A stretch of 62,857 bases of DNA, filler included, from Chiloscyllium plagiosum (Eukaryota): assembly GCF_004010195.1 (NCBI RefSeq). It is 3 parts of one record of this genome, joined end to end, with 100 filler letters (N's around TTAATTAATTAA, not from the genome) between each part and the next. Parts side by side here need not be neighbours in the genome. Positions count along the whole stretch, not along the records: positions 1 to 28,844 come from NC_057716.1; positions 28,945 to 58,708 come from NC_057716.1; 1 more part is not named here. The stretch is one strand, 5' to 3'. The notes beneath the pieces are model-generated. The model saw only the letters and a program-made list of their open reading frames with translations, was not told the DNA's origin and searched no databases. This document shows positions 25,301 to 36,949 of the stretch, piece after piece. Position numbers and translations under genes: made by a program. Numbering within the stretch: the first letter of the stretch is position 1; each line of letters starts with the position of its first letter.

Positions 25301-26080
25301 AACCTGAATAAACTCGACATGATTCATTTTGGAAGATTTAATTTGAATGCGGAATACAGGGTGAAAGATAGAATTCTTGGCTGTACGGAGGAACAGCGGG
25401 ATCTTGGGGTCCACGTACATAGATCCCTCCCAGTTGCCACCCAAGTTGATAGGGTTGTTCAGAAGGCGTATGGTGTTGTGGCTTTCATTAACAGGGGGAT
25501 TGAGTTTAAGAGCCACTGGGTTTTGCTGCAGCTCTATAAAACCCTGGTTAGATCAGACTTGCAATATTATGCCAAGTTCTGGTCGCCTCACTATAGGAAG
25601 GATGTAGATGCTTTAGAGAGGATGCAAAGGAGATTTACCAGGATGCTACCTGGATTGGAGGGCTTGTCTTATGAAGAGAGGTTGAGTGAGGTAGGGCTTT
25701 TCACACTGGAGAGAAGCAGGAAGAGAGGTGACTGGATAGAGGTGTACAAGGTAGTGAGAGACATAGATAGAGTAGATAGCCAGAGAGTTTTCCCCAGGGC
25801 AATTACGAGGGCTCATAATTTTAAGGTGTTTGGAGGAAGGTACAGGGGAGATGTCAGAGGTAGGCTTTTTACACAGAGTGATAGGTGCGTAGAATGCACT
25901 GCCAGTCGTGATAGTAGAGTCAGAGACATTTGAGATATTTAAACGACTGCTGGACAAGCACATAGACAGCAGTAAATTGAGGGGTGTGTAGGTTAGGTTG
26001 TTCTTAAATTATTAAAATAAATGCTCAGCACAATATTGTGGGTTGAAGGGTCTGTACTGTGCTGTATTGTTGTATGTTTT
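25301..26080 (+). mobile_element. CR1 LINE 3' portion
   Basis: EQRDLGVHVHRSL...WSPHYRKDVDALERMQRRFTRMLPGLEGLSYEERL; same subfamily as 43992-45352. Confidence 0.9.
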
Positions 26081-26362
26081 ATACCTCCAAATAATATTTT
26101 CTCCTTCATTGACTATTCTAGAAGGCAAATTGTATTATTAGCTAACTTCAGTGTCTTTCATTATCTTAATTGGTTCACCACCTTGATTTGAGGAGTAAGG
26201 AAATACCTCTCCTTTTGAAATACAATATTCAGCTCTTCTAGAGGTCGGATTCTCTATTGGTAAATACTTCAATAATTATTTTCTTGATTGTCCTAAACCA
26301 TCTTTCCCTCTTGCTAAGTTCTAAGGAAACATGCTTGCTTTGTACAACAGCTACAGTTTAAT

Positions 26363-26544
26363 GGAGAAAGTGAGGTCTGCAGATGCTGGAGATCAGAGCT
26401 GAAAATGTATTGCTGGAAAAGCGCAGCAGGTCAGGCAGCATCCAGGGAATAGGAGTATCGATGTTTCGGGCATAAGCTGATGCTCCTGTTCCCTGTTCCC
26501 TGGATGCTGCCTGACCTGCTGCGCTTTTCCAGCAACACATTGTT
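26363..26544. mobile_element. Fold-back PLE-terminus mini-insertion with 14-bp TSD
   Basis: Inverted arms ~26405-26452 and ~26493-26541; TSD agctacagtttaat (26349-26362) / agctactgtttaat (26545-26558). Confidence 0.85.
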
Positions 26545-28264
26545 AGCTACTGTTTAATATCTATTTCCTTTTCTAATAATCCTTTTCCGAGGATTTCTTA
26601 GCCATTCCAACTATTGCAATCAGTCTTCCATTTAATTTCTTGCAATTGGCTTTGGTGTGTCTAGTCTTATTTCAATGAAAGTGTACTATTTTCTTCACTT
26701 CTAGATTCCAGTTTTTTTTTCCTTTATTACCTTGAAGTCCAATTGTTTGCTCCTTAAGACCAGTACTTTTTGTATCAGCAGCATTTTCCATTCCTCCAAA
26801 TTCCCTGAGGATTCCCATGTCACTTTTAACTGAATGTTATCTAATTCTGCTATGACATCAAATTCAGGATTTCCTCTCTCTAATTCTAAGTGTTGGATGA
26901 TCACTTTAAGCATTTCATCTGCCAAATCTCTCGGTTTAACCTGAGGCAAAGATTGCAAATGTTCCACTGTTATGTTTTCTACTCCCAGAAATATTCTAAC
27001 AGCATACAAAGTCATTTAACCTTTCACATACCTGTTAAATAAAACTTAGATCACTCTTAAATTCAATGAATACAAATCTCATCTAAAAGCCCCCCACATT
27101 GTGATGTCAGCTGATGGTTATTACTGGACAAGTCAGATCTCAAAATGATATATTGCTTGATAGATCGTATATTTAATTTTTTTAGTTGGTTAACATGTTG
27201 GTTATTCACTGAAACATATTGACACAGTCTGCGCATATTCTTGAGCAACAGAACATAAGTTCATTTTTAAAATATCATGGAGAGAAGACAATTTGAAATA
27301 TTTGAACACAATCTTGAAACAAAGTTTCAACTATTTCCCAACACCATCCATTACAGAGAATGCAACCCAGAAAATATGACTCTTAACTCAGCTCTTTAAA
27401 ATCTGTGCTTGGTTCTCCTGCTAGGAGAAAAACTATTGCCCTCTGAACAGAGAAGCAAACCTTCTGTTCTATTGTCAGAACTAGGCAAACTGCTTTAATG
27501 TGCTTACTGTTGAGTTTATGACAGATAAAGTATCAACATTTTATCCATTAACAACAGGAATTCTGTCAATCACTTGACTGCAGTCATATGCATTATTAGA
27601 AATGATGTGTTCACATCAATGGAAAACCTTCACAACTGACCAAGATCCAACTACCTCTATCTAAATTCAAATCCCAAAAAATGCACAAACACTTTTACGA
27701 GCCTAGAATACAGGCCATTAGATCCAAGGGACCCATCATAATTTAGTCTAAATCATTTCCCCTATAATATTACCCTGTGTGCATTATTGTTTTAAGTGCT
27801 GCCTTTCCCTTTCTCTGTTGATTTTCACCTATTCCAAGGATGTTTTATGTGTCTTCTACAATGACGTTTGTGAGATAAATGTGTCTGTGCATCAAACAGC
27901 CCCAGGAAAACTGATGTCAGTGGAGATCTGGGGTATTTCTCCAATGCTTAGTAATACCAAACACAAAGAAAGACATCTTGGCTGCAAAATATTACAACAA
28001 GAATCTTCAAGCTAGATTCAACCACCTCTCACTGCTTGATCAATTGCTGTCCCTCCGTTCATAAAGTCAGAAGTGAGAATGTTTAGCAATGTTTGTACAA
28101 AATGTTCAGTTCCATTTGCAATTCCTCAAGTACTGAAACATGCAGCAAACTCCACACAACAGCTTGTGCTGGTAAATGGCAAGTAAAATTTGCATCACAC
28201 AAATGCTCTGTCTCCAACATCCCAACATAATGCTACCTCCTAAATCTCTGTCATCTTTACCTAC

Positions 28265-28690
28265 ACTCCATCTTTTACAGCCACTGATCAAGTTTCTGCC
28301 CCTACACAGTACTGAAACTGCTGTTGTCAAAATCACAAATGACATCCCATGTGACTGCAGCAAAAGTAAATTATCTCTCCTCTTCCTTTTCAATCTGTCT
28401 ACAACATTTGACATAATTGGCCATACTATTACTCTCCACTGTCATTTATATATGTGGGACTGCAGACATCCAGTTCCATTCTTATCTGTGAAATCCTAAC
28501 TAGAGTATTATGTGCAAAGGCCTCTCTTCTCAGTCCTGTACCCACTCCTCCAATTTCCCGTAACACCTTTCTTGGCTCCTTCTTATTTCTCACATGCATG
28601 CTGCTCCTGATGTTATTATCAATAACTAATCAGTTTCCATATGTATGTTGACAAAACTAAGCTTCATCTCACTCGCTTTCATCTGTCTTA
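28265..28690 (+). mobile_element. Ancient L2 LINE RT fragment
   Basis: HSTETAVVKITNDI...LFLFNLSTTFDII (cf. HSTETAL...LLDLSAAFD). Confidence 0.75.
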
Positions 28691-28844
28691 ATCCCTGCAC
28701 AATGGTGATGGGCTGAGAGATGGTAGGGCTGGCCGGATCATTGGAGTGCACATTGGAGGGTCCCTCGAACCACACAGGACCGATGTGGATTTCACCAGTT
28801 TCCTCATTTCCCCTCTGCCCACCTTATCCCCCCCAACGCCTCTC

Positions 28845-28944
28845 NNNNNNNNNNNNNNNNNNNNNNNNNNNNNNNNNNNNNNNNNNNNTTAATTAATTAA
28901 NNNNNNNNNNNNNNNNNNNNNNNNNNNNNNNNNNNNNNNNNNNN
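28845..28944. other. Artificial 100-bp scaffold linker (N44-TTAATTAATTAA-N44)
   Basis: The 12-mer has stops in all six frames; an identical linker is at 58709-58808. Confidence 0.95.
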
Positions 28945-30941
28945 TACCCTGTCTCTCTTACTCCTATCGAGAATCATCTTTGCTATCCTTTCCTCTACAT
29001 CTCTGGAACTATTCGGAGGCCTATAGAAAACTCCCAACAGGGTGACCTCTCCTTTCCTGTTTCTAACTTCAGCCCATACTATCTCAGTTGACAAGTCCCC
29101 AAACATCCTTTCTGCAACTGTAATACTGTCCTTGACCAACAATGCCACACCTCCCCCTCTTTTACCATCTTCTCTGTTCTTACTGAAACATCTAAATCCT
29201 GGAACCTGCAACAACCATTCCTGTCCCTGCTCTATCCATGTCTCCAAAATGGCCACAACATCGAAGTCCCAGGTACCAACCCATGCTGCAAGTTCACCCA
29301 TCTTATTCCGGATGCTCCTGGCGATGAAGTAGACACACTTCAAGCCAACTTCTTGCTTGCCGGTGCCATCTTGCATCCCTGAAATTTGATTTTGGACCTC
29401 ACTACTCTCAACCTTTTCTATACTCGAACTACAATTTTGGTTCCCTGCTGGATTAGTTTAAACCCACCCCAATAGCCTTAGCGAATTCCCCCCCCGCAGG
29501 ATATTGGTATCCCTCTGGTTCAGATGAAGACCATCCTGCTTGTAGAGGTCCCACCTACCCCAGAAAGAGCCCCAATTATCCAAGAATCCAAAACCCTCCC
29601 TCCTGCACCATCCCTGTAGCCACGTGTTCAACTCCTCTCTCTCCCTATTCCTTGCCTCACTAGCACGTAGCACGGGCAACAAACCAGAGACAACAGCTCT
29701 GTTCGTCCTAGCTCTAAGCTTCCATCCTAGCTCTCTGAATTTCTGCCTTAAATCCCCATCTCTCTTCCTACCTATGTCATTGGTGCCTATGTGGACCACG
29801 GCTTGGGGCTGCTCCCCTTCCCCCTTAAGGATCCCAAAAGCACGATCAGAGGCATCACGAACCCTGGCACTTGGGAGGCAACACACCAACCGTGAGTCTC
29901 TCTCATCCCCACAGAACCTCATATCTGTCCCCCTTACTATGGAATCCCCAATGACTACTGCTCTGCTCCTCTTCCCCTTTCCCTTCTGAGCAGCAGGGAC
30001 AGACTCTGTGCCAGAGTCCTGTACCCCACTGCTTACTCCTGGTAAGTTGTTGTCCCCAACAATATCCAAAACGGTATACTTATTGTTGAAGGGAATGGCC
30101 ACAGGGGATCCCTGCACTGCCTGCCGGTTCCCTTTCCGTCCCCTGACTGTAACCCATTTGCCTTTTTCTTGTACCTTAGGAGTGACTACCTCCCTGTAAC
30201 TCCTCTCAATAACCCCCTCTGCCTCCTGAATGATCCGAAGTTCATCCAGTTCCAGCTCCAGTCCCCTAACGCGGCTTTCGATGAGCTGGAGTTGGGTTCA
30301 CTTCCCGCAGATATAGTCAGCAGGGACACTAGTGGTGACCCTTACCTCCCACATTCTGCAGGAGGAACATACAACTGCCCTAACCTCCATTCCCACTATT
30401 CTAAATTCCCAAAGAGACTGTTGAAAAAATAAGGAATAAAATAAAACTCGTTACTTTACCAATCAGGCGCACAGGTCCTTTTATTTTGTTAGAGGAGGAG
30501 GATGGGTGGGAGACACTACCCGAGTAGTGTTTCGGGTAACGCAAGCACACAATTATATGACTTCCCAGAAATCCTTCACTTCTCCCTCGCACCTCTCGGC
30601 AAATAGATCTGATTCCCGAGATAAGTCCCTTTTACTGCGGGAAAATTCACCCTTCCCAGCAGCCCTCACTTCACCATTCCTTCCCTCCTCGCCGCTCTGG
30701 CAAAATGGAGGCCCGATTCCCGAAGTAAGTCCCTTTTAATGCGGGAAGACTCACCCTTCCCGGCAGCCCTCGCTTCACCATTCCTTCCCTCCTCGCTGCT
30801 CTGGCAAAATGGAGGCCCGATTCCCGAGGTAAGTCCCTTTTAATGCGGGAAAACTCACCCTTCCCAGCAGCCCTCGCTTCACCACTCCTTCTCTCCTCGC
30901 CACTCTGGCAAAATGGAGGCCCGACTCCCGAGGTAAGTCCT
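28945..30941 (-). mobile_element. 5' half of a young CR1 LINE: 5'UTR monomers, ORF1, APE endonuclease of ORF2
   Basis: ORF1 30390->29458: MEVRAVVCSSCRMWE zinc finger/coiled coil, then SGNH esterase (IGDSIVRG, HIGTNDIG, DGLHLN), one internal stop. ORF2 APE: ARSIRNK, ETW, RGGGVALLV, VFYRPPN. Confidence 0.93.
30611..30941 (-). repeat. Tandem 104-bp CR1 5'UTR monomers (3 full + partial)
   Basis: Unit starts at 30611, 30715, 30819, 30923; the same unit recurs at ~36445-36610. Confidence 0.92.
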
Positions 30942-31134
30942 GAGACTGTAAGAAATAAAGGCGGCTGTTCGGCCCTTCAAACTTGCTCCACCATTCAGTA
31001 GAATCATGGCTGATCCGACGCTCCTCACGTCTACTTGCCTGTTCTTTCCCCATGACCATTGATTCCTCTACTGAGCAAGAATATATCTATCTCAGCCTTA
31101 AATATACACAAGGACATTACTCCAATAACTCTCT

Positions 31135-32168
31135 GCTGGAGACAAAAAAACTGCAGATACTGGAATCCAAAGTAGACAAACAGGAGACTGGGAGAACACA
31201 GCAAGCCAGGCAGCATTAGGAGGTGTAACCCTTTTTCAGTACTGGGGGTGGGTGGAAGGGGAGATACAGATAAAGGAGGTGGGGGTGGTGCAGCGTGGCA
31301 AGGAAGGGATAGGTATATACAGATAGAGGGTATGACCTGGTTGGTCAATGGGTGGAATGAATCTAGTAGGTGGCAGGGAGGAATGGAAGGGAGGGATAGA
31401 TGGGAGGGGGAGGGTCTAAGAAGGGAATCGGGTGATGGAAAGGGAGGTTATTTGAAATTGGACAACTCGGTGTTCACTCCTCCGGGCTGTATGCTGCCCA
31501 AGCAGAAGATGAGATGTTGTTCTTTCAATTTGCGGTTTGATTTGTTGTGGCAATGGAGGAGGCCAAGGATGGACATGTTGGAAAGGGAGTGGGAAGTGGA
31601 ATTAAAATGGGCAGTGATTGGGAGGTACAGTTGGCTCCTGCGGGCCCGGCTGAGATGCTCTGCGAAGCGTTCCCTTAGCTTACGTTTGGTCTCCCCAATG
31701 TAGACCAGATAGAGTAAACTAGGTTGGAGGACAGGCAGGTGAACCTTGGTCTCACCTGGAAGGACTGTTTCGTGCCCTGGATGGAGGTGAGGGGGGTGGT
31801 GTGCCGGCAGGTTTTGCATCTTTTCTGGTTGGAGGAGAAGGTCCCTGGGGTTTTGGGGGGGGTTGGTAGGGAGAGTGGTGCAAACTAAGGATTGGTGAAG
31901 AGAACAGTCCTTGCAGAAGGTAAAACAAGGGCTGCAGTTGCTGGAAACCAGAGTCGAGATTAGAGTGGTGCTGGAAAAGCACAGCAGTTCAGGCAGCATC
32001 TGAGGAGCAGTAAAATTGAAGTTTCGGGCAAATGCTCTTCATCAGGAATACAGTCCATGCAGAAGGCAGAGAGGGGTGGAGAGAGGAAGATGTCCTTGAT
32101 GGTGGGGTCTAGTTAGAGTCGGCAGAAATGTTTAAGGAAGGTGCGTTGGATGCGGAGACTGGTGGGGT
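31135..32168 (-). mobile_element. Neptune-type Penelope-like element, 3' part (Cys linker, GIY-YIG endonuclease, pLTR)
   Basis: YIGETKRKLRERFAEH...ITAHFNSTSH...RKLKEQHLIFCLGSIQPGGVN. Confidence 0.88.
31921..32049 (-). mobile_element. 129-bp PLE-terminus mini-element with hammerhead motif and 17-bp TSD, nested in a PLE
   Basis: TSD acagtccttgcagaagg (31904-31920) / acagtccatgcagaagg (32050-32066); minus strand reads CTGATGA-A-GAGC-attt-GCCC-GAAA-CTTC. Confidence 0.85.
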
Positions 32169-32169
32169 C

Positions 32170-35100
32170 AAAGAACAAGAACAAAGAAAATTTACAGCCC
32201 AGGAATAGGCCCTTCGGCCCTCCAAGCCTGAGCCGATCCAAATGTACTGTCTAAACCTGTCGGTCAATTCCTAAGCATCTGTATCCCTCTGCTCCCCACT
32301 TACTCATGCATCTGTCCAAACGCATCTTAAATTAATCTACCATGCCTGCCTCTACTACCTCTGCTGGCAACGCGTTCCAGACGTCCATCACCCTCTGTGT
32401 GAAGTACTAGTCACGTGTATCCCCCTTAAACTTTCCACCTCTCACATTGAAAGCATGACCTCTCGTTATGGAATCCTTCACCCTGGGAAAAAGCTTACCG
32501 CTATCTATCCTGTCCATACCCTTAATGATTTTGTAAACCTCAATCAGGTCCCCTTCAATCTCCTTTTTTCTAATGAAAATAAACCTAACCTACTCAGCCT
32601 CTCTTTATAGCTAGCACCTACCATAGCACGCAACATCCTTGTAAACCTTCTCTGCACACTCTCCAAAGCATCCACACCCTTTTGGTAATGAAGAGGCTGG
32701 AGCTGTTTTCCCTGGGGCGTCGGAGGCGGAAGGGTGACCTTATAGAGGTTTACAAAATTATGAGGGGCATGGCTAGGGTAAATAGACAAATTCTTTTCCC
32801 TGGGGTCGGTGAGTCCAGAACTAGAGGGCATAGGTTTAGGGTGAGAGGGGAAAGATATAAAATAAACCTAAGGGGCAACCTTTTCACACAGAGGGTGGTA
32901 TGTGTATGGAATGAGCTGCCAGAGGAAGTGGTGGAGGCTGATACAATTGCAACATTTAAGAGGCATTTGGATGGGTATATGAATAGGAAGGGTTTGGAGG
33001 GATATAGGCCGGGTGCTGGCAGGTGGGACTAGATTGGGTTGGGATATCTGGTCAACATGGACTGGTTGGACAGAAGGGTTTGTTTCCATGCTGTACATCT
33101 CTATGACTCTATGTGGCAACCAGAACTGTACACAGAATTCTAAATGCGGCCGAACCAATGTCTTGTACAATTTTAACATGACTTGCCAGCTCTTATACTC
33201 AATACCCCGTCCAATGAAGGCAAGCATACTATATGCCTTCTTGACCACTTTATCCACCTGTGCAGCAAACTTCAGGGTACAATGGACCTGCACTCTCAGA
33301 TCTCTCTGCCCATCAACTTTTCCCAAGGCTCTTCCGTTCATTGTATAATTCGGTCTCGATTGAAATCCATGTGCCACTTCTCTGCCCAACTCTCTAGTCT
33401 ATCTATATCCTCCTGTATTCTTTGACAGTCCCTTATGCTTTCTGCTACTCCACCAATCTTCGTGTCATCTGCACACTTGCTGATCATACCAACAGTGCCC
33501 TCTTCCAGATCATTTATGTATATTACAAACAACAGTGGCCCCAACACTGACCCCTGTGGAACACCACTGGTCATCTTTCTCCATTTCGAGAAACTCCCTT
33601 CAACTACTACTCTCTGTCTCCTGTTGCTCAACCAGTTCTTTATCCACCTAGCTAGAACACCCTGCACCCCATGTGACTTCATTTCTCCATTAATCTACCA
33701 TGGGGAACCTTATCAAACGCCTTATTAAAGTCCATGTATATGACATCAGCAGCCCTTCCTTCATCCATCAACTTGGTCACTTCCTCGAAGAACTCCATTA
33801 AGTTGGTAAGGCACGATCTCCCCCGCACAAAACCATGTTGCCTATCACTGATCAGCCCATTCTTTTCTAAATATAAATAGACCCTATCCCTCAGTACCCT
33901 CTCCAGCAACTTTCCCACCACCGACGTCAGGCTCACTGGTCTGTAGTTACCCGGAATATCCCTACTACCCTCCTTATTCAGGAGGACAACATGAGCAAAC
34001 TTCCATTCCTCCGGCACCTCACCTGTATTTACGGATGCTGCAAAGACATCTGTCAGGGCCCAGCTATTTTCTCTCTCGCCTCCCTCAGCAACCTGGGATT
34101 GATCCCATCCGGTCCTGGGGACTTGTCCGCCTTAATAACCTCTAGCCTACCCAACACATCTTCCCTACTTCTGCCAACGTAATCCAGACCAATCAAACTT
34201 CTATCTCTAATTTCAAGATTTATTATGTTCCTCTCCTCAGTGAACACTGATTCAAAGTTATCATTCAGAATCTCACCCATTCTCTCAGCTTCGACACACA
34301 GCCTTCCTTCATTATTTAGTGGACCAATCCTTTCTCTAGTTACCCGCTTGCTTCTTTTATGAGAATAAAATGCTTTGGGATTCTCCTTAATTCTGCTCGC
34401 TAAAGCTATTCATGAGCCCTTTTAGCCCGCTTGATTCCTCGTTTAAGACTTGTCCTACTCTTCCGATATTCCTCCAGGGCCCGTTCTCTTCTTAGCTGCC
34501 TAGACCTTATGTACACTTCCCTTTTCCTCTTGGCTACTCGTACAATTTCTCCTGTTGTCCACGGTTCACGAATCTTGCCCTTCCTGTCCTTTGCCTTTCC
34601 TGTCCTTTGCCTTTAACGGGACATGCCGATCCTGCACTATCTTTAACCTATGAAAGCCTCCCACATATCAAATGTGGACTTCCCTTCAAATAGCTGTGTC
34701 CAATCCACATTTCCAAGCTCCTGCCTAATTTTGATATAATTGGCCTTGGCCCAGTTTAGTACTCTTCCCTTAGGACCACTCTCATCTTTACCTACGAGTA
34801 TTCTAAAACTTACAGAATTGTGGTCACTGTTCCCAAAGAAGTCCCCCACCATAACTTCTACCATCTGTCCTGGCTCTTTCCCCAGTACCAGGTCCAATAT
34901 GGCCCCTTCCCTTGTTGGACTATTGACATACTGCTCTAGAAAACTCTCCTGGAAGCTTCTTTCAAATTCTACCCCAACGTATCCTAGTCAATGTTGGGAA
35001 AATTAAAATCTCCCATCACTACTAGCCTATTGCCTCTACATCTTTCCATAATCTTTTTACCTATTTGTTCTTTTACCTGACGTTCACTGTTGCGAGGCCT

Positions 35101-36610
35101 GAAATACAGCCCCAACAATGTAGCTGCACCCTTCTTATTTCTCAGCTCCACCCATAATGCCTCACTACCCAAGACATCCATAGTGTCCTCCTTTAGCACA
35201 GCCGTGATATCATCCCTGACCAGCAATGCAACTCCACCCCCACCCCCACCCCCACCCCCCCTTTTACTTCCCTCTATGTCCTGTCTGAAGTGTCTATATC
35301 CTGGAACATTTAGTTGCCAATCATCATGCCCTTCCTTCAACCACGTCTCTGTGATTGCAATAACGTCATACTCCCAGGCACCAATCCAAGCCCTAAGTTC
35401 ATCTGCCTACACTCTATACTCCTTGCATTAAAGTAGATGCATTTCAGGCCACCAGTTCTTTTGCGCTCATCTGCTCTCTGCCTGTTCTTCCCTTTATTAA
35501 TGCTATCTTCATAATTCTTACAGTCTCTCGCTCCACCTCACTGCCTACTTGTTTTCTCTTGTGGTTCCCAGTCCCCTGCCACATTAGTTTAAAACCTCCC
35601 CAACAGCAATAGCAAAAACTCCCCCAAGGACATTGGTTCCGGTCTGGTTCAGTTGTAAACAGTCCCAATTTCCCTAAAACCAGTCCCAATGTCCAACAAA
35701 TCTGAACCCCTCCCTCCTTCACCATCTCTCAAGCCACATACCATCCGGGAGTCCCATTTTCGGCCACAGAACCGCCTATCTACTCCCCTTAGAATAGAAT
35801 CCCCTATGACTATGGACCTCCGAGTCTTTTTCCCACTTTTCTGAACAGCATTGCCCATGATCTTGACAACTGCTGCCCTCTCCTGGTGAGCCATCTCCCC
35901 CAACAGTATCCAAAACGGTATACCTGTTTTGGAGGGAGATGACCGCAGGGGACGCCTGCACTGCCTTCCTACATTTTGTCTGTCTTTTGGTCACCCATTC
36001 ACCGTCTCCCTCAGCAATTCTAACCTGCGGTGTGACCAGTTCACTAAACGTGCTATCCACAACCTCCTCAGCATCGCGTATGCTCCACAGTGAGCCCATC
36101 CACAGCTCCAGAGCCGTCATGTGATCAAACGAGCTGCAGCTGGACACACTTCTTGCAAGTGTAAGAGTCAGGAACGTCAGACACGTTCCTAAGCTCCCAC
36201 ATCAAGCAAGAGACACATGCCACGGATCTGAGGTCCCCTGCCATTGTAAGCTTAGCTTTATATGAACTAACTAAAATCAAACAATGCACTTAAATATATG
36301 AAAACAAACAATAAGAAAGAAATAAAAGCCTTACCTTACAGAGTCTTTTCCTTCTGGTTAGAGGAGGGGGGGGGGGCGGGAGGGAGCTACTACACGTGTA
36401 GTTTCTCGGGTTTAGCCACTGCCCAAATATAAATTAAGCCTTTACCTTCCCGGCAGCCCTCGCTTCACCTCACCTTCTCTCCTTGCCGCCCTGTCAAAAT
36501 GGAGGCCCAACTCCCAAGATAAGTCCCTTTTTAAGCGGGAAAACTTACCCCTCCCGGCAGCCCTCGCTTCACCTTACCTTTTCTCCTTGCCACTCTGTCA
36601 AAATGGAGGT
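32170..36610 (-). mobile_element. Near full-length decayed CR1 LINE (5'UTR monomers, ORF1 from 36244, ORF2 APE-RT, 3' tail)
   Basis: ORF1 MAGDLRSVACVSCLMWE...IGDSILRG; ORF2 GDFNFPNID, SDHN, KSPGPDG, NYRPVSLTS, GVPQGSVLGP, CADDTK; tail (ttctttg/ttcttg) at ~32170. Confidence 0.93.
32691..33113 (+). mobile_element. Young CR1 3' fragment nested antisense inside the previous CR1
   Basis: Highly similar to 2130-2500; splits host sequence ...ttttggtaatg|tggcaaccagaac. Confidence 0.9.
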
Positions 36611-36945
36611 CATCAATGAGGACAAGGGGGACTCTGTCTTTATTGCATTTAGAAGGAGGAGGTTGAGAGCAGTGTAATGGGGAATGGAGGTGGTGTGCAG
36701 TGGAGGGCTGTCTGGATGACAGAGGAGGGGAAGCATATTGTTCAAAATAGGTGGGACATCTGGGATGCTTGGTATAGAATGTCTCCTCATCCGAGCCGAT
36801 GCGGCAGAAGTGGAGGAATTGGGAGAATGGATGAAGTTCTTGCAGGATACTGGGTGGGAGAAGGTGGTTGTGAGAGTCTGTGGGTTTATATAAATGTCCA
36901 TCTGGAGACTGTTGCCAGAGATGAAAATGGAGAAGTCAACAAATC
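36611..36945 (-). mobile_element. Neptune-type PLE RT/thumb fragment
   Basis: SISGNSLQMDIY...SHPVSCKN.I..SQFLHFRRIGS-like thumb motifs. Confidence 0.65.
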
Positions 36946-36949
36946 TGTG

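Noticed and set aside
17724..28844. ATF2 terminal exon
   Set aside because: No sequence encoding the expected SSPHTEAIQHSS-like C-terminus was found by eye.
28889..28900. Palindromic TTAATTAATTAA (also 58753-58764) as a biological site
   Set aside because: Centred in exactly 44+44 Ns, twice; a synthetic six-frame-stop linker.
29458..30117. Stand-alone SGNH esterase gene
   Set aside because: It is CR1 ORF1, directly followed by the APE domain.
30480..30560. HDV-like ribozyme in the CR1 5'UTR
   Set aside because: The tcctcctct tract resembles L3, but I could not build the P1/P3/P1.1 nested pseudoknot.
30611..30941. Regularly spaced repeats as a CRISPR-like array
   Set aside because: Whole 104-bp units are repeated with no unique spacers; eukaryotic LINE 5'UTR; no cas genes.
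35234..35260. Poly-Gly/poly-Pro ORF segment
   Set aside because: (CCCCCA)n slippage at the CR1 APE RGGG motif in a dead copy.
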